Shown here piece after piece: positions 25,001 through 35,968 of a DNA stretch of 64,000 bases. The notes under the pieces are model-generated. The model was given only the letters and a program-made list of their open reading frames with translations, was not told the origin of the DNA and ran no database searches. The translations under genes and the position numbers were made by a program. The stretch lies in contig CDMY01000938.1 in the NCBI GenBank assembly GCA_001179505.1, positions 124,001 through 188,000 on the forward strand, read 5' to 3'. Numbering within the stretch: the first letter of the stretch is position 1; each line of letters opens with the position of its first letter. Origin of the DNA: Vitrella brassicaformis CCMP3155. Lineage: Eukaryota; Protista; Chromerida.

Positions 25001-25352
25001 CATCGATGGATGCGACACACACAGATGTGTGTGTGTGTGTGGATGGTGTGTGGTGTGCAGGTTTCTCGCCGACATGGGAGCCGGCAGAGAACCTCAAGAA
25101 CGCCCAGGAGCTGATAGACACCTTCAACGCCACCCGTGAGCAGACCAGGTCTGGCAGAGCCATCGTCAAGAGAGGCGCAGAGGTGCGGTGGGTGTGTGTG
25201 GGCGGTGCACACACACACGCGGAGGGGGGTAGGGGGAGAGCAGCGGGCGTAGTGACATCTGTGGATGTGTGTGTGGATGTGTGTGTGTTGTCTGTGTGTG
25301 TCAGGAGGGCTTTGCCCCCGTTGAAGTGTTGAAGGCCTACAACCTGCTGTGA
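19953..25352 (+). CDS. Large nuclear-type protein: acidic low-complexity N-terminus, RCC1/BLIP-II-like repeats, Pro/basic/acidic tracts, C-terminal chromodomain
   Basis: ATG 19953; repeat-like blades VKDIAIGRWQLAVQLMDGRCYLW, FFIGCVTREGEALHM, VLSGPRGCSGLVLLANGLVFEW, LDIGMCVSRGMECIALTADSVVHEW; chromodomain GEWEVRTILDKRQKANGQIEYKVQWTMQ|GFSPTWEPAENLKNAQELIDTF; last exon EGFAPVEVLKAYNLL-TGA 25350-25352. Confidence 0.8.
24894..25135 (+). other. Chromodomain (split by intron 24984-25060)
   Basis: Matches the chromo consensus (Y/W)EVE-I-D-R...EY-VKW-G(Y/F)...TWEP--NL; three aromatic cage positions present (W, W, F). Confidence 0.93.
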
Positions 25353-26564
25353 TGTGATATGGCGTAGGTAGTTGATTTGGCGGGGAGAGAAAGGAGCGAT
25401 GCCTGCAGGGCAGGATGTACCTACCTACCGTAGCTTAGCACTCATTTCATTGGCCTGGCCATGGGATGAATGGGATGGGTAAGCTTGTGTGGCTATAGCA
25501 TAGCATACTCACACACACACATACACACATGCCACACACGACAGACACGCATAGGTAACTTACTTTGACTAACTGACCTATTTGTCATTTTCGGATGGAT
25601 GGATGTTCTGAGAGCTGAGCGACTTGATGCATGGCATGGATGCAGCCACTCTTGACCGATCAAACCATTCCGTCAGTCGTCTTCCGTCCCTTCATGGAAA
25701 CACACAAGATACATCGTTCACACTAGGCGGGCAGGCAGGCAGGCAGGCGGACACCCCACCACTGGATAATGTCAACCACACTCCCATCTCACTGTGCCCA
25801 TCTCGTTCCATCCCACGCCACTCATCTCGCTGCTCTCCTCTGTGCGCGTGTGGCCTTGTGCATACGCCGTTCTCATAGATCTGACTGTGCCTGGACCAAA
25901 ACCAGGCAGGCTCCAAGAAGACGACGACCAACACACAGACAGCACTTGACACCTCAAGCCACCTGCAAAGCGAGATCATAGCATCTGTCCCGTCCTTGCC
26001 TTGCCTTGCCTTTCCTCTGTGCGTTAGCGGACGCACGTCTGTCCGTCCGCCAACACAGTGGATGACGACCACTGTGCCGTGATCTGTCACTCACTGCGCA
26101 TGACGGGAAAACACGCGCACTTCCCACCAGTGCACCTCAGCAAAGCATCGACACTTGTCGCAAAAGCAAAACAATCTCTGCCTGCCATCCCATCCAGCCC
26201 ATGCGAAACGTATACGTAGTGCAACCATATACCCCAGTTCTCCCTCTTTGCGACTTTACGGTTTCCCCCCGACAAACAACGCGACCAGCGAAGAGAGGCA
26301 CCTCTCGCCGGTCGGTTTGCACGCCGAGTGCGAGCCCGACAATCGCAACAGAGGGGAACGCACACAGAGAGGGACAACAAGAAAGACGACAGAGCATCAA
26401 ATACATCCAGCGACCAGCACCCACACACCCAATCACCCACAACCACCGTATGGTATGTACACGGCAAACAGCCCGCCCGCCCGCCAGCCAGCTGACTATA
26501 GATACACTCACTGGCACACTCATTCTCTCGCTCCCGCCCCGCCTCGCCTCACACCCATCCGCCG

Positions 26565-27273
26565 CTAGAGAGGTGCAAAACAGCTCTGCTGCTCGCGGTC
26601 CTTGTTGACGATATGCACCAGCACCATCTCCTCGACCGGCCCGCGGCAGATGGGGCACATACTTTGGTCGGGCGGCCGCCGCATCCAGGCGTCGCTGCAC
26701 TCACGGCAGAAGACCGGATGCCTCTGAAAGCAATAGCCAACCAACCAAACAGCCGACGCACAGACACACAGACAGACACACAGACAGGTCAAGTACACGT
26801 GTTCCTTCGTCTCTTCTGTCGTTTTGTGGACATGGCCTTACACAGGGCAGCACAGCCATGGCCATGGGCCTGTCCAAGCAGATGCAGCAGATCATCAAGC
26901 CCCCCTCCTCCCTCTCCACCACCACCCTCTTGTTGTAGGGGTGGAACGGCGCCATGGCCACCTCCGCCTCCCGCGCCCTCCCCCGCCGCTCAGCCTCCTC
27001 CAGAAGGCGCCGCTCGAGCTTCTTGTCCGCCAGCAGCTTCAGCCGGTAAGCGTCAAGCTCCGCTCGCTGCTCCTGAGAGGAGCTTCTCAGGGAACTGACA
27101 CAACACACCAACACACACGTGCTCGTCTGCCTGCGTGGTGAGTGACGTGCGTACCTTGAGGAGCGTGGCACTGCGCGTGTTGGTGATGTTGCTGCGGTTG
27201 CTACGCGACCGGTTTGCGCCCCGCCTCCTCGGTCGTTGACGCGCGAGAGGTCCGCAAACTCGTTTGCACTCAT
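26565..27273 (-). CDS. C3HC4 RING finger protein (IAP/MGRN1/neuralized-type C-terminal RING), putative E3 ligase, 3 exons
   Basis: ATG 27273 (MSANEFADLSR); helical ELDAYRLKLLADKKLERRLLEEAERR; C-x2-C-x11-C|x-H-x3-C-x2-C-x13-C-x2-C: CCICLDRPMAMAVLPC|RHPVFCRECSDAWMRRPPDQSMCPICRGPV; stop 26565. Confidence 0.87.
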
Positions 27274-27539
27274 CGGCCTGCCTGAATTATGCACAGAGGA
27301 CAGGAATCAAAGGAGGCGATGCTGCATGTGCTGTAGTTAGCCAGCAGTGAGTGACGTGTCGACTTCTCTGGTGGCAGTGCATGCACTGCTTACCCGTCAT
27401 GATGATCCTTGTTGGCCTTGTCTGCAGAGTGCTGTTTCGAAGAAGACGAAGAAGGAAGAAGTCACACCCTTCGTGCTCTCTGAGAAGGGAGAGGATGGCG
27501 AGCTCACATGTGATCTCGCAACGAAGCACCGAAGAAGCG
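27274..27539. promoter_or_regulatory. Putative bidirectional promoter (RING / RBBP5)
   Basis: 266 bp between divergent ATGs; inference from position. Confidence 0.4.
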
Positions 27540-30194
27540 ATGGATTTCGCTTGTTTTGACCCTTCTACGGACGACAATCTGGTGCCCGAGCGGATCTCCT
27601 ACCGACTGGCCGTCGATGACGAGTCGTCCGTCACTCTCGCGGCAGCCTTCTCAGCCAACGGGCACCTCGTCGCCACGGCAGCCGTCACCAACACAGAGGA
27701 CGCAGCCAAACCCGCAAGCGGCCACGAAAGCAGCGGCGCCTCCTCATCGAGTGCTGCCGCCAATGGCCATTTCCTTCATGCACTCGCCGGCAGCGGGAGT
27801 GTCATTCATCTCTTCTCGGCGGCCATCCGCGAGCACGTTGCCACCGTCGGCAGTGTGCCGTTCCGCGTCACGCATCTCACATTCGCCGACCATGACCGCA
27901 CTCTCATCGTCTTCGGACCGGAGGCAGTGCAAGTGATAGATCTCATGCGGCAGGAGGAGGGCGGCCACGCACACGACAAGCCAATGCGGCTGCCGGGCGA
28001 CAGGCGGCTGCGGGAGCACCGCGACTCGCCGCGCGTGGCCTTCCTCGACGGGTCGAGCCAGGATGGATACTATCGGTTTGTCGTGAACCTGACCGACGAG
28101 GAGACCACTGGGCCGCATGTGCTCAGGGTGGACGTAGTGAGCCGCGCTGTGAGACTCTCGCCCATCCTGGACCCCTCAATGGCTGCCAAGTACCGCAAAG
28201 ACAGCAAGGGCAAGGAGGCTGCCCGGTCGCCCACCGAGTGGCCCTTTGCCGTCATTCGCAAGAGCAAAACCGACGCCCCTCCCTCCCCGGCACACTCCCC
28301 CTCCCCCTCTCCCTCTCCCTCCCTCTCCCCCTTTCAGCACAAGAGGCCCTACCCGCCCCTTCTGCCCCCTCCCTCCCTCGGCGAGCCGGCGATCGTCATC
28401 GCAGCGCCGAACAATACCCTGCTGGCCTTCAACTCTGCTCTGCAGCTGGCCGGGAGGCTGGCGATGGGTCGCAGCCAGTTCGGGGGCATCTTCCAGCTGT
28501 GTGCGCACGAGCACGGCGATAGCGACGTGCTCGTGGCCATCGAGCCCGAGATGGTCGTCTTCATCCATCTGACCTACCCTAGGTCAGGCGACGGAGGAGG
28601 GCAGGAGGACGGCAAGAGCAAGAGCGGCAAGAGCGGCAAGAGCGGCAAGAGCGGCGCGGGCCGCAGCCAGCAGGGCGACGCCAACCAGCAACAGCCGGAG
28701 GAGGAGGGTGGCGACGTTGAAATGAAGAACGCCAACAACGGCAACGGCAAGGGCAATGACAACGCGAATGAGGACGAGAACGAGTCGAGCGATGGTGATG
28801 GTGAGGAGGGGGAGGAGGATCCCGAGGACATGACTGGCGAGATGGCGTTGAAGTTCCTGGCGCGGCAGCCGCCGCCCTCGTCGGGCGACAAGTACGTCAC
28901 GGGCTGCTTCAGCCTCTTCCCGTGCCTCAGAGCTGTCGCCATATCGGCATACTCGTCGGTGAGGGAGGAACAGGCTCACGGATGCGTGCTGTGATGTGAT
29001 GTGATGTGATGTGCTGTGCAGATGAACATATACCGTATGTATGTGTATGACGTCGAAAGCCATGAGGAGCACCACCGCCTCAAGAAACTCGAAGTAGACA
29101 CCACCAAAATCGGACTCGTCACACGGGTGGGTCAGTGGGTGGGTGCGGTGCGTCAAAAATTCCACTCACACATACACAACACATCATGGGTCGCTGTGTG
29201 TGTGTGTGTGTGTGTGTGTCAGATCTGTTGGTGTCCTTATGAGTGCAAGCTGCTGAGCATGACGACCGAGGGCTCGGCACTCCTGTGGCAGCCAAGACAC
29301 CGAGACTCCTGGGCCAACTTCATCGCCGGTAAGTGGAGGGCATGCAGTTGGCAGCCGACAGGCACAGACATACAAACCGTCGCTGTCTGTCTGTCTGTCT
29401 GTCTGTCGGTCAGGCTTTGTGCTGACCGATCGCAATCGCGAATACGTAGAGGTGAGGATCAATGTTGGCGACATGTGTGTGCATCAAAGAAGGGTCGTTT
29501 CTGTTGCGTCCGTCTGCCTGCCTGCCTGCCTGCGTGCAGCGGGAGGATGAGTTTGACGACCCTGTGGCGGACATCGAGCGGCGGGAGAGGGAGGACGCCA
29601 TCAAGATTAAAGAGCAAAGGGACGCCATACACGCACAGATCATGCAAATGCCCCCCGACAGGTACGCATTCACGCGCGATGGTTTCGGACGGGGAAGGTG
29701 GCCCATCCCGTGTGTCTGTCTGTGTGTGTGTATGCGTGCAGCCGTCCGTTTCAGCAGCTGCCTGCTGCCCTGCCCCTAAACGACGAGTGGATCAGCCACA
29801 CCGTCCCGCCAAAGATCCCAGAGTACGCACCTCACACCATCAAACACACACACACCTGCACAGTTCTCCCCCTGCTTACTTGCCATGTGTGCCGTGCAGC
29901 TACCCCTTCCTGGACATCGAGAGCGTCTGCTTCCCCGCCCAAGAGCACATCCCAAACACGTCCACATCACCCGACGACTCGTCATCCCTCACCTCCTCGC
30001 CGCCCCGAGGGCGACGGGCACACCGTGACGCTCACAGCCACAGCCATGGCGCCGACAAGAAGAGGAAACTGGTATACAGGGGTGAGGTCGAGGGGCCGAC
30101 CATCGAGAGCCGCGTGACGGATATCGCCCCCGGGCCGCTAGTCGAGTATTTCGGCAAGGTGGTGGCGGATGCGAGGAGGTGGGGGTTTGGGTAG
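27540..30194 (+). CDS. RBBP5: RBBP5/Swd1, WD40 subunit of COMPASS/SET1 H3K4 methyltransferase (divergent, with large loop insertions)
   Basis: N-terminal FDPSTDDNLVPERISYRL (cf. DPF...PE motif), WD-type blade AAAFSANGHLVATA, and diagnostic C-terminal ICWCPYECKLLSMTTEGSALLWQPRHRDSWANFIA|GFVLTDRNREYVE|REDEFDD (cf. NWSAFAPDFKELDENVEYEERESEFD). Confidence 0.85.
28613..28654 (+). repeat. In-frame 9-bp tandem repeat encoding KS(KSG)4 in an RBBP5 loop
   Basis: caagagcgg x4 at 28619-28654 plus a partial unit; protein GKSKSGKSGKSGKSGAG. Confidence 0.95.
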
Positions 30195-31648
30195 ATAGGT
30201 TCGGTATGGTAGATGCTTGTGTGAATAGCTGAGCGGTGCCTGCGTGAGATATCAAATGATGCACAAGGTTGGTGGGAGATGGACGGAATCTATGGGCCAT
30301 TTAGTCTTGTCACGGCCAGTCGGGCTGTCTTTCAAGAGCTGCTGTCTATGCTTCGCTGCATTTCTGACCCACAGAGGCGCAGCTACAGGTGGCCAGTAGC
30401 AGTTCAGAGACAGCCAGAGTGGTGAGAGCAAGGGATATAGAGACACGTGTAAATGAAAAGCTTCTGCTACCCGGGATGTCTACTTGTACCGCCCCACTCA
30501 GGTGGTCGGCTGCTCGACCACCCGAGCATCCCCCTTCCACCAGTCACAACACAGCCAGCAGCCAGCCCATGCACCCATCTCATGCACCCATCTCACGCTT
30601 AGGTGCACCACTAGCGCGACACTCATCTGCAGACACATTCACACACACACACAGAGACATGCAAGTGAGACATGTAATGTGTTCGTGTCTCACTGATCGT
30701 CTGCCCACCCTCTGCCTGCACTCTCTTAAGAGTCGGTGCGCCGCAGTTTCGGACTCCACAGCCTGCTGCTGCTGGTCGTGCACACACAGACGCACGCACA
30801 TACGAACATGACAAAACCACATGTGTATGTATACATCTCACTGCTCGTCTACCTTCTCCCGTGCGTACCACGTGGCACAGATACTGACGACTGGCCACAT
30901 GTGAGTGCCTCTCTCCCACGATGACAAAAAGTACGTCATCTGAGGTTCCGTAAGTACCGCCAAATGGCCGCAAGCGAGTCCTACCAATAGAGTCCTACAC
31001 TGAGCAGAAGGCCGTACACAAACCCCGTCTACCCGATAGGGTCAATCGAGCCATGCTCAGCCGGTGTTCCCTCCTCTGCCTCATCGCTCGGCTAAAGGAT
31101 GGCTGCTAGGCCTGATGCCGGCTCGGCATCCATCCCATCCACCCCCTGGTCGTGCTCGATCGGTGGCTGCAGCTGTGGCTGCGCTGGTGGTGGTGGTGGC
31201 GGCAGCGATTCGAGTATCATCGCCATGAACAGGGCCTTCTGCTCCTCTGCTGACCTTGGCATGTACTCCTGCAAGGATGTGTGCAATGAATGCATGGATG
31301 GATGGATGGATGGTGCATTCGTTGAGCATCTTGCTGGCTACTACTGTACACCCACCTCAAAGCTGACACCGTTGGGGATGGGCGCTGCTGCTGCTGGCTC
31401 TGCAGCAGGTGGCGCTGAAGCAGCAGCAGCAGCATGCGCAGCAGACGCGGCCGGCTCATCTATCTCGTTGTCCTGACATATACACATTCCACGCCAGACC
31501 ACGAATGCACCCCAGTCGATCATGCTCCCTCCCCGCCTGTCTGGCCATGTGCGTGCCTACCATCTGTCTGAGACGACCGAGATTCCCCCATTCACGCCGT
31601 GCTGGTTAAAGTCGAAACAAAACCGCGACTCCCTTTGAGCCACGCGCA

Positions 31649-32940
31649 TCAGTACGCGACAGGGTGGAATAGAGATGAGCTTGGGACCGTGGTGGTCGCG
31701 TAGGCAGGAAAATGCCTTTGCAATGTGTTCAGGCCAGCGGAAAGGAATGCCCCGACGCGAAGGTGCCGGAGACACAGCGACAGCCGCTTCTCGATGCGCT
31801 GGAAGCTTCCATGTGCTTTGGCCATGTCCTCTTTCATCTTGTACATGCCGGAACAGGGATCAATGCCCTGCAGCAGGGTCAGGCCGCTGGCAATGGCCTC
31901 CTCCAGCTGGTCGAGCGCGTCCTTATCCTCCCAGTCGGCCGAGATGGCCTTCTGCGACGCCGCGGCGACGGGGTCGAGGACATCGCCCCGCCATGCCGTC
32001 TGCACCATCAGACCGGCGTTGAATGCCGCTGTCGGCTTGCCCACCAATCGCCCTGCCCGCACCCCCCTCGTCCGGCACGACAACGCCCTTGTTCCCCAGC
32101 CGTTCAACGAGCTCGTCGGCCGCCTTCACCACCTCCTCGATCTCCTCGTCTGCCCCGTCGCCCAAGAGGGCATGCAGCTGGCCGATGTCGCGGTGGTGGA
32201 GGACGATGAAGAGGCCGATCTCGGGCGCCTCCTGTAGCACCTTGCCCGTCGGGTGCTGCTGAGCGATGACGCGGGCCTCGTAGCCGAAGGGCACGACCGC
32301 CATCTGGTCGCCGAGGAAGGGGGCGAGGCGGGGAGGGGTGGGGTTGGCGAGGAGAAGAGTGGCAATCGTGTCAACAAACTTGGCGGTGGCGGGCACACAG
32401 GGGTCCTCGATCGGCTGCAGCTTCTTCAGGCGCTCGAGCAATTTGTTGTGCAGCATGGTGTCGCTCGTGACATGGTCGCTGCACATGAGGCGCTTCTCAT
32501 ACGCCTTCTGGTGCGCCCGAACCGCCGCCAATAGCACGGCATAGAGCTCCTTGAGCTCAGACAATAGCTCCCGACGGTGCGCATCCCGCTGCCACTCGTC
32601 GGTGCTGCTGGTGTGGCGGTTTTTGCGGGCGATGCGGGGGAGGCTGAGGCGCTTGAGCAGCCAGATGGTGAGCGTCGTGTAGCAGCTCGGGTCTGCATCG
32701 CATCACCCATACAGACACACACGCGCACACACACAGAGAGGCATGACAGTGAGGCATGTTCATGTATTCATACACACCTGCTGCTGAGCTGTGGCTGAGC
32801 TCAACTGGCTGAGCTGGCTGTGGTGGTGGTTGTGGCGGCAGCGACTCGAGTATCATGGCAACACGAGGCATGTTGTACCAATGGCATTGCTCCCACTTGA
32901 TGGCTGGGCGGCCAGGAACGAATCTGCGTGACACTGCAGC
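31649..32940 (-). CDS. Hypothetical helical protein with a +1 frameshift at a G6 run (gene with sequence error, or young pseudogene)
   Basis: Exon SRRFVPGRPAIKWEQCHWYNMPRVAMILESLPP...SSAA, phase-1 intron, then DPSCYTTLTIWLLKRLSLPR...ELKELYAVLL...VVPDEG; removing one base from the C6 run at 32062-32067 joins it to VRAGRLVGKPTAAFNAG...FHPVAY-stop. Strong GC3 bias; no family recognised. Confidence 0.5.
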
Positions 32941-33398
32941 ACACGCACTCATACAATGAGGGGCTTTGCTGTGTTCTGACTCCTAACCATTATGCGGAGG
33001 TATCGGTCGAGGGATGCACACCTGCTAGTGGCTGCTGCTGTGGGCGTAGAAGGGGAGCCGCCTCGACGCGCGTCAGTTGCCTCTCGAGGTCGATGCATGA
33101 CCCACAACGGACACAGACGGACAGAGGAACAAACATTACGGCTGTCCTGTCTGCATGCACGTGCCTCAGGTGTAGTGCACGCCCACCACAGGACACCCTC
33201 GTTGGCCTCGTTGGCCTCGTTGGCCTCGTCCGCCGCCTGGCAGGCCATCATCATAGCCGAATTCTTGCCAAACGTACGGCTGGGGTCAGGTTGTTTCAGT
33301 CCTTCTCGCGCTTGTGTCCTATTCAACCACCCGCCGCCCACACACACAGACATACGGTACGGGAGTACAAATGCACTCACTCGCCTGACTCACTTCGA

Positions 33399-34182
33399 GG
33401 CACTGAGTGTCGAGGTAGTAGATGTTGTTCTAGTTGAAGGTCGCCATCATGCTCGCTCCGATGGTCGCACGGTTGACCCTGAAATAGCGACACAAACACA
33501 CAAGCCGCGTGTCTTTCCCCTCTCCTCTTTTCTGCCTCCCTCCCTCCCTGCCTGCCTGCCTGCCTGCCTAGGTGCCTGGCTCACTCACTCACTCACGTGA
33601 GCTTGATGAGGATGAATAGCCAGCAAGCGACACCACACAGACCGGCACATGTAATGGCTTTGTTCGCTGCCTGCATGACGGTAATCACCAGAGCGATTGA
33701 CAAAAGGACACAAAATATTTTCCTGCCACCTACACATAAAGGACACCAGTCATGATTGATGGTGTGCTTCTCTCTGTTCACTCACGTGTGACCGGATGTG
33801 TGGGGGTGGTGTGAGTGTCTAGTGGTTGATGTTGGTGTAGTTGATGTGGTTGGCCACCGAGCCGTCGTCCACCCGCACCAGCATAAAGTTCGGCGACACG
33901 CGAGCGTTGTGTCTCCTTCGGTTGAACGACACCAGTGCGGCGCGACCACCTGCAGCGACATGTCGCTGGTGACGATGTTGGGGCACTCAGTGTCGAGATA
34001 GTAGATGTTGTCCCAGTTGAAGGTCGCCATCATGCCAAATCCCAGGGAGGCACGGTTGACCCTGAAACAGCGACATAAACACACAAGCCGCGTGTCTTTC
34101 CCCTCTCATCTTTTCTGCCTCCCTGTCTGCCTGCCTACCTGCCTGTATAGGTGCCTGGCTCACTCACTCACCCGACCTTGAG
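33399..34182 (-). repeat. Tandem duplication (~583-bp offset) of an intron+exon unit: 33399-33603 / 33982-34182
   Basis: RVNRASLGFGMMATFNWDNIYYLDTEC (34 kb copy) vs RVNRATIGASMMATFN*NNIYYLDTQC (33.4 kb copy; TGG to TAG at 33430-33432); shared intron text. Confidence 0.92.
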
Positions 34183-35454
34183 CATGACGTCGTCGCGGTG
34201 GACATCGAACTGCAGTCCCACCAACACGTCACCACCGACAATGAATACGGACGGCGCCCACAGCCTCAGCGTCCTGGTGGACGCGTCGTACTCCCATCTG
34301 TGTCAGGCGATGTTGCCGTCCCGAAGTCACACACAACAGGGCGCATCAGGCCCGTCTCCTCATCCTTGACCATCAGCACATTGTGTGGCTGCACACACAG
34401 GCACACACCCATACACACAGACATACACACAAGTGCGGCCACCTTGCTCGTCCATGAGATGGGGACCTTTAGGTCACGGTGAGCGATTTTCTGCGCACAC
34501 ACAGACACACATACATACATCCACAGACGTACACATATAGTGCAGGGCGTCCATCTCTTCCAGCGACCCGAGCAGGCAGAACACCAAGTAGCCAACCACA
34601 CAGGCCGGCACCACTTGGTGACGGCCGAATATCTCCGCATATATCTCCTTCACTTGTCTTTCAATCTCATCCACGGTGAGCGGTTTATTGAAAATCTCGC
34701 TAGCGAGGCCTTTGACTGGACCCCCTTTTGCCTGGGTGCACAAAAGGTGACGTACGCCTTACAATCAATCCATCGATCGTATGCGTATACTCAGTGACCA
34801 TCTTACCAACACGCCTTCTCCTCGAGACGGGAGCCGCTCGGCGAGCTCAGGAAAGATGAGTTCTTTTCCTGGCTTAGCCGCTCGAACGCTGCCGAATCAA
34901 CAGAGAAAGCGGCATGCAAGGATGGATCGAACAGACCATAGCTCCGCGCCTACCATGGATCTTCCCCAAGTTGAAAATGCATCGGGTGGCTGCGAGGAAT
35001 CCTCGCACAAGAGTGTTCTTGTCAATGCCGTAAAAGGCCTTTTCCTCTGACACGACCGCTTTCGCTGCCTTGCTAAAATTAGACCTTTGCCGCGGGCCTG
35101 CACCACTGGGGCTCTTAGCGATGCGCTCCATTACTTCGTATGCCTTCTGGTTGAGCGCATTGCCGACTTCCAACTTGAGGTTGAGGCTTTGCAGAACTGC
35201 AAAGAGAACACTCCCAGCCTGCCTTCCTGGCATAGCCCCTTCTCCTGAAGGCGGGAGCCGGTCGGCTCTCTCAGGAAAGGGTACGCCGTGCACCTCTGCA
35301 CACAACAGACACAGACACAGACGGCTGGACCACGAGGCTGTCCTGGGTCTGTTCCTGAGCCGTCAGCTGCCTATAGATGACGAGGTGTTGCCACAATGAA
35401 TGCCTGCATATCTCAGGTGGCTCTCCACCTTGCGCGAGTCGGTCACTTTGTACT

Positions 35455-35546
35455 GCATATTCACACAAGCGCACATGGCAAACATACACATCGATGGAGA
35501 GCATATTCACACAAGCGCACATGGCAAACATACACATCGATGGAGA
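35455..35546 (+). repeat. Perfect 46-bp tandem duplication
   Basis: gcatattcacacaagcgcacatggcaaacatacacatcgatggaga x2. Confidence 0.95.
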
Positions 35547-35799
35547 ACGCATTTCTGCTCACCTTTGGTGGAAACCCCTTCATCCACGCCCCGCACTTCT
35601 CCTTGAAGCACCGAGCGGGGTGCACACGCAGCACCTCCAGCACGTCCATCTCACCGAATATCTATAGCCGCACACAGATCAGATATCACATACAAATCTA
35701 CCCAGTCTCCCTCCCCACTCACCCTCTTGCGTCTGTAGTCTTTCTTCTGCAGAAACGACTGCAAGGCAAGCAGGTCTACCTCCTTGATGAGCTTCTTTT

Positions 35800-35965
35800 C
35801 CGCGCATGTTGAACAAAGTTTTGATGGCGTCCATGCACAACAAATTGGGATAGGCTCCAGTGTCGACGATAAAGAGGATATGCTTCAGTGTGTTGGGCCG
35901 CTGTGTTCTGCCTGAAAGCTTTCTACGGCAGACAAGCGGAACAACAGGGCGCAACTGCAGTGCCA
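35800..35965 (-). pseudogene. Retropepsin-like aspartic protease fragment
   Basis: LRPVVPLVCRRKLSGRTQRPNTLKHILFIVDTGAYPNLLCMDAIKTL; hydrophobic-hydrophobic-DTGA motif with DTG at 35856-35864. Motif-level evidence only. Confidence 0.5.
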
Positions 35966-35968
35966 CGG

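Larger units (their letters stand above)
1500..34600. repeat. Dense intronic/UTR microsatellites: (AC)n/(GT)n, (GACA)n/(TGTC)n, (GGCA)n/(TGCC)n, (GA)n/(TC)n, (GGGA)n, (GGAT)n
   Basis: Directly visible in most introns of the housekeeping-type genes; source of the VCVCVC/THTHTH ORFs. Confidence 0.97.

Noticed and set aside
30600-30640. A|CTAG at 30610-30614 as a Helitron 3' terminus for the minus-strand mosaic
   Set aside because: No GC-rich hairpin upstream on the minus strand and no matching 5' TC boundary could be defined.
35455-35546. 46-bp and 30-bp (15654-15713) direct repeats as CRISPR-like arrays
   Set aside because: Only two abutting copies, no spacers, no cas genes, eukaryotic context.
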